A stretch of 64,000 nt of DNA from Mustelus asterias. Lineage: Eukaryota. Shown here one piece after another: positions 62,791 through 64,000 of this stretch. The position numbers were made by a program, and so were the translations under genes. Position 1 is the stretch's first letter; the number at the start of each line of letters is the position of its first letter. The stretch is from assembly GCF_964213995.1 (NCBI RefSeq), contig NW_027590136.1:1116001-1180000 (forward strand), in the 5' to 3' direction. The notes beneath the pieces were generated by a model, which worked only from the letters and a program-made list of their open reading frames with translations, was not told where the DNA came from and did not search any database.

Positions 62791-64000
62791 CTGTCCTTGA
62801 CATCATAGAATAGAATCATAGGATCCTACAGTGCAGAAGGAGGCCATTCAGCCCATCGAGTCTGCCACAACAGCAATCCCACCAAAGCCCTATCCCCATA
62901 ATCACATGTATTTACCCTAACTAGTCTCCCTAACACTAAGGGGCAATTTACCACGGCCAATCCACCGAACCCGCACATCATTAGACTCTGGGAGGAAACA
63001 GGAGCACCCAAGGAAAACGCAAGCAGACATGGGGTGAACTTACAAACTCCACATAGACACTGACCCAAGTCGGGGATCGAACTGTGAGGCACCAGCGCTA
63101 ATCACTGTGCCACCGTGCCACCGCCCTCCCCCCTCTACCCCCCTCCAACCCGGTAGCACTTGAATGAGGGTGGGATCGAGGAGCCCGAATAAAACTCAAG
63201 TGAATAAGATCGGCGGGAAATTCTTCTCTGTTTGGAGTCATACTTAGCACAAAGCAAGATGGTAATGGTTGTTGGAGGTCAAATATCTAAGTTGAGATAT
63301 CACTGCAGGATTTCAGCAGGGGACTATTCTGGGACGAACAATCTTCTACTGCTTCATCAATGACATTCCATCCAACATGAGGTCAGAAGTAGGGATTTCC
63401 ATGTGTTACACCGGACATAAAGACACAATAAATAAGGAGGAACTTGCCTGAGACTAAGTCTGCCTGTCTCCCAATACTGGTGTAAATTTGGTGTTTGATT
63501 CCTGTGCAACCCATCCTAGTTTTGCTGTAAGCTTCCCTTCCAGCTCCCTCAGTCGGTCTATTTGTTCACTGATACGTGTTTCTTAAAAAAAGGCATCGAC
63601 ATGAAAGCAGCTGCCCGGTGACCTACACTGCTGCCTGACTTTACACAGCCCTGTTTCTGAAAGCTGATCAATGTGGAGAATCGGGAAAAGATCGATGGAG
63701 AGGAAGAGGAGGAGGTGGCCCACTGACTCTCTCACCCTCATCTACGCTTACTCACTCAAGCTCAATCTCTCATCCTCACTCAAAGAACTTCAGTCACTCA
63801 CCCTATCTTACCTACCTTCCCTCGCTGACACACTCTCACTCACTCACCCTCACTTACTCATTCCCACTCACTCATCCCCACTCACTCACCCTCACTCACC
63901 GTTGTTCACTCGTCCTTTCTCACTCACTCACACACTCAACCTCACTCACTCACCCTCAGAAACTCACTGATCCTCATTCACCCTGAGTCGCTCACCCTCA

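Noticed and set aside
55301-64000. Ig constant-region exons
   Set aside because: No C1-set Ig motif found in any listed ORF; CH1 presumably lies beyond the window, so the isotype is inferred from V and J only.

Overview
Vertebrate genomic DNA, almost certainly from a shark, judged by HE1-type SINEs, shark-type CR1 LINEs and a cluster-type IgH locus. The left ~37 kb is a transposon-rich cluster of C2H2 zinc-finger genes. It has five paralogous cassettes in both orientations: one intact 11-finger ORF, one with a nonsense codon, one frameshifted, one cut by a provirus and one running off the window. The right ~27 kb is an immunoglobulin heavy-chain region with a decayed VH remnant (~37.3-39.4 kb) and an IgM-like L-VH-D-JH cluster (53.9-55.3 kb); no CH exon is visible before the window ends. 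Three observations stand out. (1) A very young 4.55-kb class III (ERV-L/ERV-S-like) provirus on the minus strand has near-identical 578-bp LTRs and a tRNA-Ser PBS. It has lost CA/NC/PR/RT/RH by an in-frame deletion but keeps a gag-N/integrase-C/dUTPase fusion and an intact, atypical 614-aa env. Its flanks do not match, so there is no target-site duplication. (2) The IgH cluster has a single 20-nt D flanked by 12/12 RSS that looks like a germline-fused D1-D2, plus a JH with CGQG in place of WGQG. (3) A Penelope end carries a minimal hammerhead ribozyme. The rest is CR1, Tx1, Rex1, Gypsy, SINE, satellite and low-complexity sequence. Repeat boundaries are by eye and approximate.
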